Source: an uncultured bacterium (GTDB lineage Bacteria > Desulfobacterota_D > UBA1144 > Nemesobacterales > UBA2774). Taken from it: DNA of 64,000 nucleotides. Every line of letters begins with the position of its first letter. Within the stretch, counting starts at the first letter, position 1. Both the position numbers and the translations under genes were made by a program. Below the pieces are notes generated by a model. It worked only from the letters and a program-made list of their open reading frames with translations, did not search any database and was not told where the DNA came from. The stretch spans positions 352,001 through 416,000 of the forward strand of contig CAVPJU010000010.1 of assembly GCA_963705505.1 (NCBI GenBank). The letters run 5' to 3'. Of the stretch, positions 39,800 through 49,286 are shown piece by piece.

Positions 39800-40531
39800 T
39801 TACGTATGTTTATATTCGTTTCTGCTTGTGAACACGATAAAAATTCCAAGTATTAATGCAAGAATGAAAGATGAGCCGATCGTGCCGAAATCGAGGCCGC
39901 CCTTTTCATGCGGCTTGGTCAGGATGTCCCCTATTTGTGCGCCGAAAGGCCGCGTCAGAACGAACGCGATCCAGAACAGTGCGACGCGGGAAATCTCGGT
40001 GAAATATGCGGCCGCCAGCACGAGCGCCAGCAGACCGGCAACCAGCAGCGCACCGCCGGTAAATCCGAGCCCCGAGGTATCAGACAGGAAATCGCCCAGC
40101 GCGGTGCCCAGCGTGTTTGAAAACAGAATAGCGATCCAGTAAACGAATTCGACCTTGCGAGACCTGATCTCGCTGACGGACAGGGAACCGATGCGCAATC
40201 GCCAGAAGACGAGAATAGCCACGAGACAGCTCAGCAAAATGGCGGAGCCTTTCATATAGCCAAGCCCCAGCGTGCGGTCCATGAAGTCCGACATCGTCGT
40301 GCCGGCAGTGCTGGTGGTCAGGATGACCGACCAGTAAAGCAGGGGGTGATATCTTTTCGACACCAACTGCGCCGCGAACGTCACCAGAAACACGCTGAAC
40401 AATATGATGGTGCTGACGGCATAGCCCACATTCATTGTCATTGATAAAAGATCACCCGCCGTTTCACCCAGGGTGGTGGCGCATATCTTCATTATCCAGA
40501 AACAAATGGTGATTTGAGGAAGTTTATTCAT
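39800..40531 (-). CDS. DUF347 / COG4705 membrane protein
   Basis: FWIMKICATTLGETAGD, TTSTAGTTMSD, SNTLGTALGD, FWIAFVLTRPFGA repeats. Confidence 0.9.
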   Translation of the reverse strand: MNKLPQITICFWIMKICATTLGETAGDLLSMTMNVGYAVSTIILFSVFLVTFAAQLVSKRYHPLLYWSVILTTSTAGTTMSDFMDRTLGLGYMKGSAILLSCLVAILVFWRLRIGSLSVSEIRSRKVEFVYWIAILFSNTLGTALGDFLSDTSGLGFTGGALLVAGLLALVLAAAYFTEISRVALFWIAFVLTRPFGAQIGDILTKPHEKGGLDFGTIGSSFILALILGIFIVFTSRNEYKHT

Positions 40532-40684
40532 CGGGATGCCCTACCATAACAAGCCCATTCACCCGTCATGTTCTCCTGAGCCGAATGGGGGCTGCATGCC
40601 GGTCCTCGGATTAGAGGGAACACGAACAAGACGTCGAGTCTCGTCTTGGCGATCGGGGAATCTATATGTCCTGTACCATAATCT

Positions 40685-41528
40685 TCAGCTCTCGTTAGCG
40701 ATCCGGAAGTTGTCCGACAATGTCGAGGCGTCATTAAAAAACTCTATAGTCCTGTTTATCACGGTGTCCTTGTCGTTGTCTATCGTAACGATGTGATAAC
40801 TGTTTTTTAGTCTGACGAACTGCTTGTTGTCGGAACCGATATTTTCATATATATACTGCGCGTTCTTTATGTCGCAAATATCGTCCTCTTCCGGGTGCAT
40901 TATTATCGTCGGGGTTTTCACTTTATTCATATTCTTTTTTAAATGCTTTGAATATCTCAGGAGCTCGGCGAAGGTTACAGCGGGATACCTGTCGTACGCA
41001 CTGCTGTTACTGGACGAGAGTAAAGTAATTACCTTTTTTCTAACGTGCTCGTTCTTAACGCCGTAGGGCTCCCTTTCTATAAAGGAATAATCTAGAATAT
41101 CCGCTACGGGTGTAAATGCCAGAACTATAAGGAACCTGAACCACGGCAGGCTCCACCCATCAAGCGATAACGTCGGAGACAGTAGCGCCAGATGCTCGGG
41201 GAGTATTGTTTTCAATCGCTATGCTCAGACAAATGAGCGCTCCCAGGCAAAGGCCTGACAAATACACCTCCTCGTACGTCGAGGATAATCTCTCAAACTC
41301 GGCCTTCGCAAAATCGTCCCAATCCCGCCACTTTTTCGATTTCAGGTCCTCTATGCTCGTACAGTGTCCGGGCAGGCAGGGACAATGCACGTCGTAACCC
41401 ATTTTATGCATCTTACCTCCGTAATACCTCATCTCGAACGGGCTGCCCGTGAGACCGTGGAGCAAGAGTACGGCTCTTCTGTTATTAGCCGTGAGTGTAA
41501 AACTGTTCGGTTTGTTCATTGTATGCAC
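40685..41528 (-). pseudogene. Alpha/beta hydrolase (carboxylesterase-like, GxCxG nucleophile) split by a frameshift near 41190-41215
   Basis: ORF 41160-41528 has LLHGLTGSP and SGLCLGA. ORF 40685-41215 continues with LLSPTL..DGW, EEDD and NSYH. The break may be a real lesion or a sequencing error. Confidence 0.8.
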
Positions 41529-42883
41529 CTCCTGAATAGCTGGTCCAGCAATTCTATGGCCATGTCGATTTCTTGATCGTCTATGTGGAGCGACGGGGCC
41601 AAAGTAAGAACGTTTTTGTAATACCCTCCCACGTCAAGTATCAATCCGAATTTTTTACCCTTGTAGTCCAGATTTCCCGTAAGCCCTTCCTCGAGGAGCT
41701 TGTCGGTCAGTGCCTTACTCGGCGTGTATCCGTCCGCTTCACAAATTTCCACTCTCAAAGCAAGCCCGAGGCCGTCGACGTCCCCTATGTTTTTATACAT
41801 TTTCTTGAGCTCTTTTAATTCCCCGAGAAATTTTCGGCCCTTCTCCTCCACCGGGCTCTCGTAATCCGTCTCCTCCAACATGTTCATAACCTCGATGCCG
41901 GCTCTCACTCCTATCGGGTTCGATGAGAACGTAGAGTGTGTGGAGCCCGGCGGGAACACGGAGGGATCTATCAGCTCCTCTCTCGCCCACAATCCGGACA
42001 GCGGGTTCATTCCATTGGTGAGAGCTTTGCCGAATACGATGATATCGGGCTTTATATCGAAATGCTCTATAGCCCAGAGTTTTCCCGTACGGTAAAACCC
42101 CATCTGTATCTCGTCGTCGACGATTAATATGTTATGTCTGTCGGTTATCTCTTTTAACTTTTTGAAATAGTCTTTGGGCGGGATGGTGTATCCGCCGGTA
42201 CCCTGGACGGATTCTATGAAAAACGCCGAGAACTCGGCCTGCGCCGCCTTCGAATCGTAAAAGGAGTGGTACTCCGAATCGAACAGGAAATCGAATTGAT
42301 CAACGCAGTAATAGCCGCATTCGCCGAACTTCTTGCCGTAGGGACATCTGAAGCAGTACGGAAACGGCACGAAGTGCGCTCTTTCTGAAAAATGGCCGTA
42401 TCTCCTCCTGTACCTGTAGCTCGACGTTATGGACGAAGCGCCGAGCGTCCTGCCGTGATACCCGCCCATAAAAGCGAACATCAGGTTTTTGCCCGTGTAA
42501 TTTCTAATGAGTTTCAGCGCGTCTTCTACGGCCTGCGAGCCGCCTACGTTGAAGTGCACCCTGCCGTTCATGCCGAAACGTTTTCTGTTCGCCTCGCATA
42601 TTTTAGAAGCGAGGAGGGCCTTACTTTCGTGCAGAAACTGCGAAGCAACCTGCGGCAGTGTGTCCATCTGATCTTTTATCGCGTCATTTATGCGTTTATT
42701 TTTGTAGCCGAAACTGCACGCGGAGTACCACATCTGAAGATCGAGGTACGGCTTACCTTCCGTGTCATATACAAAACTCCCTTCGCACTCCCTGAAAACC
42801 TTTGGATGTTCCAGATAATGGACGGTATCGCCGAACGAGCTATACCGGTTATCCAGTTCTGATATTTCGTTATCGGTCAGCAT
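41516..42883 (-). CDS. Class III PLP-dependent aminotransferase
   Basis: GGYHGRT, DDEIQMGFYRTG, FGKALTNG (PLP Lys), STFSSNP. Confidence 0.93.
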   Translation of the reverse strand: MLTDNEISELDNRYSSFGDTVHYLEHPKVFRECEGSFVYDTEGKPYLDLQMWYSACSFGYKNKRINDAIKDQMDTLPQVASQFLHESKALLASKICEANRKRFGMNGRVHFNVGGSQAVEDALKLIRNYTGKNLMFAFMGGYHGRTLGASSITSSYRYRRRYGHFSERAHFVPFPYCFRCPYGKKFGECGYYCVDQFDFLFDSEYHSFYDSKAAQAEFSAFFIESVQGTGGYTIPPKDYFKKLKEITDRHNILIVDDEIQMGFYRTGKLWAIEHFDIKPDIIVFGKALTNGMNPLSGLWAREELIDPSVFPPGSTHSTFSSNPIGVRAGIEVMNMLEETDYESPVEEKGRKFLGELKELKKMYKNIGDVDGLGLALRVEICEADGYTPSKALTDKLLEEGLTGNLDYKGKKFGLILDVGGYYKNVLTLAPSLHIDDQEIDMAIELLDQLFRRCIQ

Positions 42884-43622
42884 TCTTTTTCTCCTTGTTA
42901 AATAAAACCTTTCTTATATCATCGAAGCTCGAGAACTCGATGAAATCTATCGCGTTCTGCGTACAGTAATCCGAGAGTCTGTTCTTCGCGAAAACTATGT
43001 CGGCTTTCCTCACGGCGCATATATCCGATTCTCCATCCCCTATGTACGTCACTGTCTTCTTCCCTTCGTATTTATCGACAATCGAACACTTGCACATGCC
43101 GCTTTTCATATAGCACTCTTTTGTCTTAAAGGGAAATGAAGGGATGGGCCTGGAGTTTCTTATTCTCAGACGGTTCGCGAAAACGGGTACGGTCGATATA
43201 CCGTTATTCAGTAAAATCAGCTTGATCAGCCAGTCAAACCCGTCGCTGACAATGTAGAAATCGATTCCGTTCTTACTTACGGAGCTCAGGAAATCCGGAA
43301 AGTACGGATCTATTTCTATATCCAGGGCGAATCTGAGAAGCTCGCGCTCATTTAAATTCTCGATACATCGGAGCTGGAGCCTCAGACACTCCTCGGAACC
43401 TATTTTGCGCTGCTCCCAGAGTTTTTCGATCTCCTTCCAACGTCTATCAGCATAGATATTTAAAAGCTTGTCCACAACATCTTCTATCGTTATCGTTCCG
43501 TCGAAGTCGCAGAAAATAGCTTCACCTATTCCGGCGGATTCGGTCACTTCTTTCCGCGCATACGGCTCGGACGGCTCAAAGTTAGTATGGTTGAATGTTA
43601 AAGCGAGATTTTTATTACTCAT
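42870..43622 (-). CDS. MtnX-like HAD-IB family phosphatase
   Basis: CDFDGTIT, VSDG, GMCKC, YIGDGESD. Confidence 0.9.
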   Translation of the reverse strand: MSNKNLALTFNHTNFEPSEPYARKEVTESAGIGEAIFCDFDGTITIEDVVDKLLNIYADRRWKEIEKLWEQRKIGSEECLRLQLRCIENLNERELLRFALDIEIDPYFPDFLSSVSKNGIDFYIVSDGFDWLIKLILLNNGISTVPVFANRLRIRNSRPIPSFPFKTKECYMKSGMCKCSIVDKYEGKKTVTYIGDGESDICAVRKADIVFAKNRLSDYCTQNAIDFIEFSSFDDIRKVLFNKEKKNADR

Positions 43623-44925
43623 CGAACCTCCTCAGGACCAGAGTCACGTTCGTCCCGCCGAATGCGAACGAATTGCTGAGAGCAATTTTTATCGCCATAT
43701 CCCTCGCCTCGTTCGGAACGTAATCCAGGTCGCACTCCGGGTCCATGCTCTCATAATTTATCGTGGGAGGCACGATCCCGTGATACAAGGCGAGAACGGT
43801 GAATACAGCCTCTACGCCGCCAGCGGCGCCCAAAAAATGACCGGTCATGGATTTTGTCGAGCTGATGGGAATAAGGTATGCGTCGCTATCGAATACCTCT
43901 TTCACGGCGCGTGTTTCATTGACGTCGTTCTGGAGGGTTGAAGTACCGTGAGCGTTTATGTAATCGACGTCTTCGGGGTTGATCCCCGCGTCTCTCAGAG
44001 CCATCCTCATGCACCTGACGGGCCCGTCCGTGCAGGGCGAGGTAATATGGTAGGCGTCGCTGCTCATACCGTACCCCGGAACCTCGGCATAAATCCTCGC
44101 CCCCCGTTTTTTTGCGAATTCCAGCTCCTCGAGTATCAGGATCCCTGCTCCCTCGCCGATCACGAAACCGTCGCGATCCCTGTCGAACGGGCGAGACGCC
44201 TGCTCGGGCTCGTCATTCCTGGTGGAGAGGGCGTGCATCGCGCCGAATCCGACTATCATCGCGGGATGGACAGAGGCTTCGGTCCCCCCGGCGATAATCA
44301 CATCCGCATCCCCCCTTTCAATAGTCCTAACCGCCTGACCTATGGAGTGTGAGCTGGCAGCACAGGCTGTAGTTATACACATGCTCGGCCCTTTCGCGTT
44401 AAAGAATATCGACACGTAACCCGCCGCCATGTTCGTGATAGTTGCGGCAAGGGAGAACGGCGATACGCGGCCCGGCCCTTTCTCATAGAGCTCCGACAAG
44501 CTTCTCCACAAGGTGTCGAGCCCCCCGACCGTCGAGCTGATAAATGTGCCTGCTTTGGGAGAGAGCTCTTCGTCGATTACTAGTCCGGCATCGTCCAGAG
44601 CGAGCCTTGCAGCGGCGACTGCGAACTGAATAAACCGGTCGCTCCTCCTGGCGTCCTTAGGGTCCATGAAATCCACGGGATTAAAATCCGTGACTTCTCC
44701 CGCAATCCGGGTCTTTAGAGAAGAGGTATCAAACTTCCGAATCTGTCTTATTCCTGAATGTCCCTCACAGATTCCGTTCCAGGTTTTTTGAGTACCCGTG
44801 CCGAGCGGTGTTATGAGCCCCACTCCGGTAACGACCACTCTCCTTTTTGTCAAGTCCCGTGATACGGACTCCTTCAGAACGCGGGAGGGTTTTACAAGCG
44901 TAATAGACTGTTTATCTATTAGCAT
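43615..44925 (-). CDS. fabF: 3-oxoacyl-ACP synthase II
   Basis: RRVVVTG, TACAASSH (Cys), HGTST, KSMTGH, SNSFAFGG. ATG at 44925 has a GAGGAG SD; the ORF is open to 44964. Confidence 0.93.
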   Translation of the reverse strand: MLIDKQSITLVKPSRVLKESVSRDLTKRRVVVTGVGLITPLGTGTQKTWNGICEGHSGIRQIRKFDTSSLKTRIAGEVTDFNPVDFMDPKDARRSDRFIQFAVAAARLALDDAGLVIDEELSPKAGTFISSTVGGLDTLWRSLSELYEKGPGRVSPFSLAATITNMAAGYVSIFFNAKGPSMCITTACAASSHSIGQAVRTIERGDADVIIAGGTEASVHPAMIVGFGAMHALSTRNDEPEQASRPFDRDRDGFVIGEGAGILILEELEFAKKRGARIYAEVPGYGMSSDAYHITSPCTDGPVRCMRMALRDAGINPEDVDYINAHGTSTLQNDVNETRAVKEVFDSDAYLIPISSTKSMTGHFLGAAGGVEAVFTVLALYHGIVPPTINYESMDPECDLDYVPNEARDMAIKIALSNSFAFGGTNVTLVLRRFDE

Positions 44926-44998
44926 TTCCACACACTCCTCAATTTCGTGAATTGATTGAGTCAAATGAAAAATTCAGATCTGTTGGAACTATCCGCAG

Positions 44999-45409
44999 TT
45001 AAAGCGTGAAATAAGGAGGCGACCTTAAAGGTAGTGAAGTAAGGAACAGTACATCGGAGGGAGGCTCCATTTTATCGAACAGAGTTTCCCAGTATGGATT
45101 GATCAAAGGACGGTTAAAAATCTTAAATGCGATTTTTGAAAATATTCTGGATTGCTTTTGTACGCTATCTTGAGCTAGATTTAGTCTGGGATCTTCATTT
45201 ACGAATACGAGATCCATATCCTGGTCGTCGGCGTCGTTATCTTCAACACCGCATTTATCTCGTTTGTCCAGGGTCAATACCGAGGTGTCATAGCTTGAGC
45301 CAGTCTGCCAGAGATCCTCCTGGACATCCTGTTGCAAACTAGCCAGTCTGAATGTGCCGGTAAAAACGATTAAAGCTAAAAAAGTTAATGATCTGGTTAT
45401 ATTACTCAA
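44999..45409 (-). CDS. Upstream ORF with N-terminal hydrophobic signal and C-terminal RSPP motif (putative translation-arrest leader)
   Basis: 136 aa, TTG start, hydrophobic LTFLALIVFTGTF, ends LPLRSPPYFTL, directly upstream of fabF on the same strand. Confidence 0.6.
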   Translation of the reverse strand: MSNITRSLTFLALIVFTGTFRLASLQQDVQEDLWQTGSSYDTSVLTLDKRDKCGVEDNDADDQDMDLVFVNEDPRLNLAQDSVQKQSRIFSKIAFKIFNRPLINPYWETLFDKMEPPSDVLFLTSLPLRSPPYFTL

Positions 45410-45710
45410 ACAAGTGGTTTCCTGAGACTCCGGAATAAAGACATATTTTCTTTCTAAATATTACTCCTAAGTTTACTTGCTAATTTTTCTTAGGAGAATA
45501 AAGTATTTTACTTAATTGTCAAGATAAATATTTCCCCGGTAACGATCTGACCCGCCCCATCAGGCCACCGTATTTAAGTCCATCTTTTGAGTTATTTCTT
45601 TCACTATGAGCCTCTCAGAAGGGAAATAATTTGGGTGATGAAATAGAGTTGTCTCCGGATAGGAAATGGCCTTGATTTACTGAGAATTTATAATAAGCTA
45701 ACAGCATTAA

Positions 45711-45785
45711 GCCGACGTAGCTCAGTGGTAGAGCAGCTCACTCGTAATGAGCAGGTCGGAGGTTCAAATCCTCTCGTCGGCTCCA
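45711..45785 (+). tRNA. tRNA-Thr(CGT)
   Basis: Full cloverleaf: acceptor GCCGACG/CGTCGGC, anticodon arm GCTCA-CTCGTAA-TGAGC, GGTTCAAATCC T-arm, encoded CCA. Confidence 0.97.
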
Positions 45786-45973
45786 ATGAAAACTGTGGGT
45801 TACGTAAATATTCACTAAATAACATCAACCGCTAAATTTGTTACGTCATCAAACTCTTTATCTTAAGTAAATATTTAAACGTAACCTCTTTCATGAAATC
45901 AGCAAGCTTGGAATTTATAGACAGGTATTTACCAATATTTAATTGGTCTCAGGAATTTCATAATCTTGGTTAA

Positions 45974-47125
45974 TTAGTGGTCATGCATATATATCATTTT
46001 AAGATCCCAATTTTTTGCATCGAGTAAATCCAAACCTTGAAATTCAATTTTATTATTATGTTTGCCGATTGGTCGAATCAAAATAGTTCGAGGAGGGTCT
46101 TTTACGCTTTTTGCCGAATTGTTGTCGTTAAATCCTTGTGATACTAAAAATTCATAGCTATCTTGGTCCAATATATTTGCCCAAATTGATATTGATCCGG
46201 AATTCATTAGCGATATCAAAGATTTCAGCAGCTCAATTTTTATTGAGGAGTTGGTTGCTTCTAATTCTAATATATTATGTGTGCCTCCGGATTCCACACT
46301 GTATAAATGGCTTTGTAATACCAGATAGCCTTTTAAGCCGTCATCGTACCAGTATAGGAAAAGATATTTTGAAAGCGGGTTATTGTATCTCCAACGGAAG
46401 TACGCTTCATCTCGTACCAGGGTGATTTTATTTTCTGGAATTGTACTTCTAACGAGAATAGCCATTTCCGCCGGTTTGGGTTTATTGTCTAACAAAATAT
46501 GGGGAGGCAGCTGAGTCCTCGTGTTGTGATAAATCATATCGATTCTTTCTGAATTGTCTCTTTTTCTCCTTTTTAAGATCATGTTGATCCCGGTTTTTCT
46601 CAATAATTTTCTAGCGTATGGACCCGCTAATTTCTTGGCGAGTGCGATCGCATTTGATCCTTTACTTTGGAATTGTTTATTAATGATTTTAATTTCTCCG
46701 ATGCTCTTCCAACCCATGAATAAAGAAATTATGGCATTTGAGGGCGTTGCATTGAAACTTAGAATGTATTGAACGCCCATCTTTTCCAAATCGTCCATGA
46801 CGAAGTCCGCTAGCTCTTTATATATTCCTTTGTTTCTGTATTCCTCGAGTATTAACAAATCCGCACCACATAACGCATTAAATCTTGATGATGCGCTTTT
46901 TAGCTGCCATGTTGTTTCATACGCGCCTCTCATGGCTACGACCTCTTCTCCGTCACGAACAAAATATATTATGGGTGGTTTAGAATGAGGTCGATCTATG
47001 TAGTTCCATTTTACATAGGATCTGAACACATCTAAGTCCAGACCCCAGTTGATTGTTTTGAGTCTGGCGATTTGATCTATATGGTTTTCAAAGTCGTCAG
47101 AATATTTTAATATTACACGGTCCAT
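45974..47125 (-). CDS. GNAT-fold acyltransferase (two-domain)
   Basis: KWNYIDRP, ADLLILEEYRNKGIY, RDEAYFRWRYNNP. Confidence 0.8.
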   Translation of the reverse strand: MDRVILKYSDDFENHIDQIARLKTINWGLDLDVFRSYVKWNYIDRPHSKPPIIYFVRDGEEVVAMRGAYETTWQLKSASSRFNALCGADLLILEEYRNKGIYKELADFVMDDLEKMGVQYILSFNATPSNAIISLFMGWKSIGEIKIINKQFQSKGSNAIALAKKLAGPYARKLLRKTGINMILKRRKRDNSERIDMIYHNTRTQLPPHILLDNKPKPAEMAILVRSTIPENKITLVRDEAYFRWRYNNPLSKYLFLYWYDDGLKGYLVLQSHLYSVESGGTHNILELEATNSSIKIELLKSLISLMNSGSISIWANILDQDSYEFLVSQGFNDNNSAKSVKDPPRTILIRPIGKHNNKIEFQGLDLLDAKNWDLKMIYMHDH

Positions 47126-47163
47126 TTTGGTGTAGTTGAATCAGTGTTGGTTGTATTGAAAAG

Positions 47164-47424
47164 TTATGGTTTGCAATCCTTTACGAAATTTAAAATGCCA
47201 TTTATGGTGTCCCATTCAATAGTGAAGTCCAAAATCGTCAGCTCCAATGGAGAGCCGACTTCCTCCTCCACCAGTAACGCCAGCTCAAGTAATTGCAGAG
47301 ATTCTAAAAGACCTGAAGTTATAAGTGGTGTGTTATCGTCGTAGTTTTCAGGAATGGATTTCCCTGAGTCTTTAATTTTAGCATCGATAAAGTCTATGAG
47401 TCTTTGTCTTAAATGTTCTGACAT
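47164..47424 (-). CDS. Acyl/peptidyl carrier protein
   Basis: 86 aa acidic protein with DNTPLITSGLLESLQLLELAL.VEEE (phosphopantetheine Ser in ESL) and WDTIN.I. Confidence 0.8.
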   Translation of the reverse strand: MSEHLRQRLIDFIDAKIKDSGKSIPENYDDNTPLITSGLLESLQLLELALLVEEEVGSPLELTILDFTIEWDTINGILNFVKDCKP

Positions 47425-47434
47425 CTGAAAGTTC

Positions 47435-48442
47435 TTAGTCCGACGTGTCGAGCTCCTTCCAGCTTACTTGTTTTGCCATTGCGACGACGACCTTTCTCTT
47501 GCCGGAGAATGGCTTCCTGCCGTGAGCGACGAGCATATTGTCGAGCATAAGGACATCTCCAGGTTCCCATCTGAAAGCAATTGTCGCAGCATCGTAGGCT
47601 TTCCGCAGTTCTTCAATCACGTCTTTACTGATGCTCGTTCCGTCGCCGTAGTATGTATTGTTCGGCAAATCCTTCTCTTTGAATAATTTAAGAAGCATTT
47701 TCTGCAACTTGGGCTCAATTGCGAATACATTAAGCAGGGTGGCGTGATTCATCCACAATAACTCTCCTGTAACGGGATGCTTCGCAATTGCCGGCCTCAG
47801 CTGCTTAGTTCTTACTTTGTTCTCGTCTATCCAATCATAATCTGTTTCGGATTCTTTACAGAACCTCTCCATCTCGGCTTTATCCTGTGTTTGGTATACT
47901 TCCTGCCACGTGAAGCCGAACGGTCCTCCGCTCAAGTTCCTCACATATAAAACACCTTTTTCCTCGAAACGTTTCCTGATCGAGGGGTCGATTTGCTTGT
48001 ATACCCGCCTCACGTCCGCTATGGGTGTTTCCCCTCCTTTCTCCGCGGATTCGATGCAGTAAAAGAAAATTCTCATCGGGAATTGTGCTGCGAAAGAGTG
48101 TTCGTTATGTAGAATGATCTCAAGTTCTGGAGGGAAATCTGTGGCGGTATAAATCTTTCCCTGGACCTGAGTTCTGTGTGTGATTCTGTCGTTATAATCG
48201 ATCAAGCTGCCGTAACTGCTTTCCACCGTAGCTTCGAAGTCTTCGACCCCGCCTACCTTAAACCCTCTGAATAATATGCCGCCGTATTTTAATAAATTTG
48301 TTTCTATTTCCTTTTGGTTTGCTTTGAAAAACTCTCTTATCGGTAAATCTTGGTGCTTTGGAGTAATCACAAGCGGCAGTTTTTTCTCTTCGTCAATAAA
48401 TCCTGTAAGAATTTCAACGTTTTCACCAAATCCAACTGTCAT
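47435..48442 (-). CDS. TauD/TfdA family Fe(II)/2-oxoglutarate dioxygenase (SyrP-like)
   Basis: YGGILFRGF, HNE metal motif, GGETPIAD, HPVTGE, DNMLVAHGR. Confidence 0.9.
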   Translation of the reverse strand: MTVGFGENVEILTGFIDEEKKLPLVITPKHQDLPIREFFKANQKEIETNLLKYGGILFRGFKVGGVEDFEATVESSYGSLIDYNDRITHRTQVQGKIYTATDFPPELEIILHNEHSFAAQFPMRIFFYCIESAEKGGETPIADVRRVYKQIDPSIRKRFEEKGVLYVRNLSGGPFGFTWQEVYQTQDKAEMERFCKESETDYDWIDENKVRTKQLRPAIAKHPVTGELLWMNHATLLNVFAIEPKLQKMLLKLFKEKDLPNNTYYGDGTSISKDVIEELRKAYDAATIAFRWEPGDVLMLDNMLVAHGRKPFSGKRKVVVAMAKQVSWKELDTSD

Positions 48443-48638
48443 ACTCTACTCCTATCTTCAAACTTCGAGAATAAGAATAAGTAGTGTAGAATCACACAAT
48501 TCTTAACTACTTTTCGATAAGTTTGATGATCTAGGGTATTTATACATGAATTGTACAACGTTATTTACATTTATCAAAGATTCCTACAAACGCGAACCAC
48601 TGTCTGTTTCCCTCCTCTATAAGTTGCATAATATCGAG

Positions 48639-48710
48639 TGACCTGCCTCCTATAATCGGACCATAGTATAAGTTAGATTTTCGATAACGAACCCTATATA
48701 CAGGAGGTCA
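48639..48710 (+). repeat. IS-terminus-like motif / possible mini-element, copy 1
   Basis: TGACCTGCCTCCTATAATCGGACCATAGTATAAGTTAGATT..., ending in AGGAGGTCA (imperfect inverted repeat). A homologous copy starts at 52662. Confidence 0.55.
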
Positions 48711-48955
48711 TCGGGAGGGTGCGGTCAACCTTGACGCACACTTTTCCTTCTCCTTACTTATACGTAATTATAGACATAAAATCACCTCGGCTTTAGCTAC
48801 AAAATAAGTAAAAATAAGTAAACTAGCTGGTTTCAAAACTCGCAAAACCCTAATGTTTCGCTTGTATACTACGTAAAGTAAGTCAAGACCTTGAAAACAA
48901 GAGATATTTTGTCATGACTCGTAGTTCTTACACACACATCTTAAAACAGTCGTAC

Positions 48956-49005
48956 GCTCACTCGTAATGAGCAGGTCGGAGGTTCAAATCCTCTCGTCGG
49001 CTCCA
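48956..49005 (+). repeat. att-like direct repeat: 3' 50 nt of tRNA-Thr
   Basis: Identical to 45736-45785. Confidence 0.95.
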
Positions 49006-49286
49006 AATTAAACCAAGAACTTACAACGCATGTATTAAGTAGCCTTAGCAGTGTTTTCATCCGATATCGTGAGATGTCCCATGAAACGAGCTTCTATAGA
49101 CTTATAGGAGAAGTCTTACTTAATTGCTTTTTTCTCCTACAAGCAAATTATCCCCTGTTTGCGGAGTGTTGCAGCTTTACAGAGGTATGTCATTGGTATG
49201 TGCTGACAAAAAACTACTTGCGGTGAGATAATACGAATAGAAAACTTTAATTAATAAAATGGGTGATTTTCAGATAGATTATTCGA

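Larger units (their letters stand above)
45786..49005. mobile_element. tRNA-Thr-anchored island 1 (no integrase): TauD, ACP, GNAT
   Basis: Bounded by the tRNA 3' end and an exact repeat at 48956-49005; visibly AT-rich. Confidence 0.75.

Noticed and set aside
40528..40734. Second arrest-like uORF (IRGP) upstream of DUF347
   Set aside because: The motif is internal, the ORF overlaps the hydrolase end, and it has no signal sequence or clear RBS.
42870..43622. Methionine salvage (mtnX) assignment
   Set aside because: The family resemblance is real, but no other mtn genes are nearby and the operon context points elsewhere.
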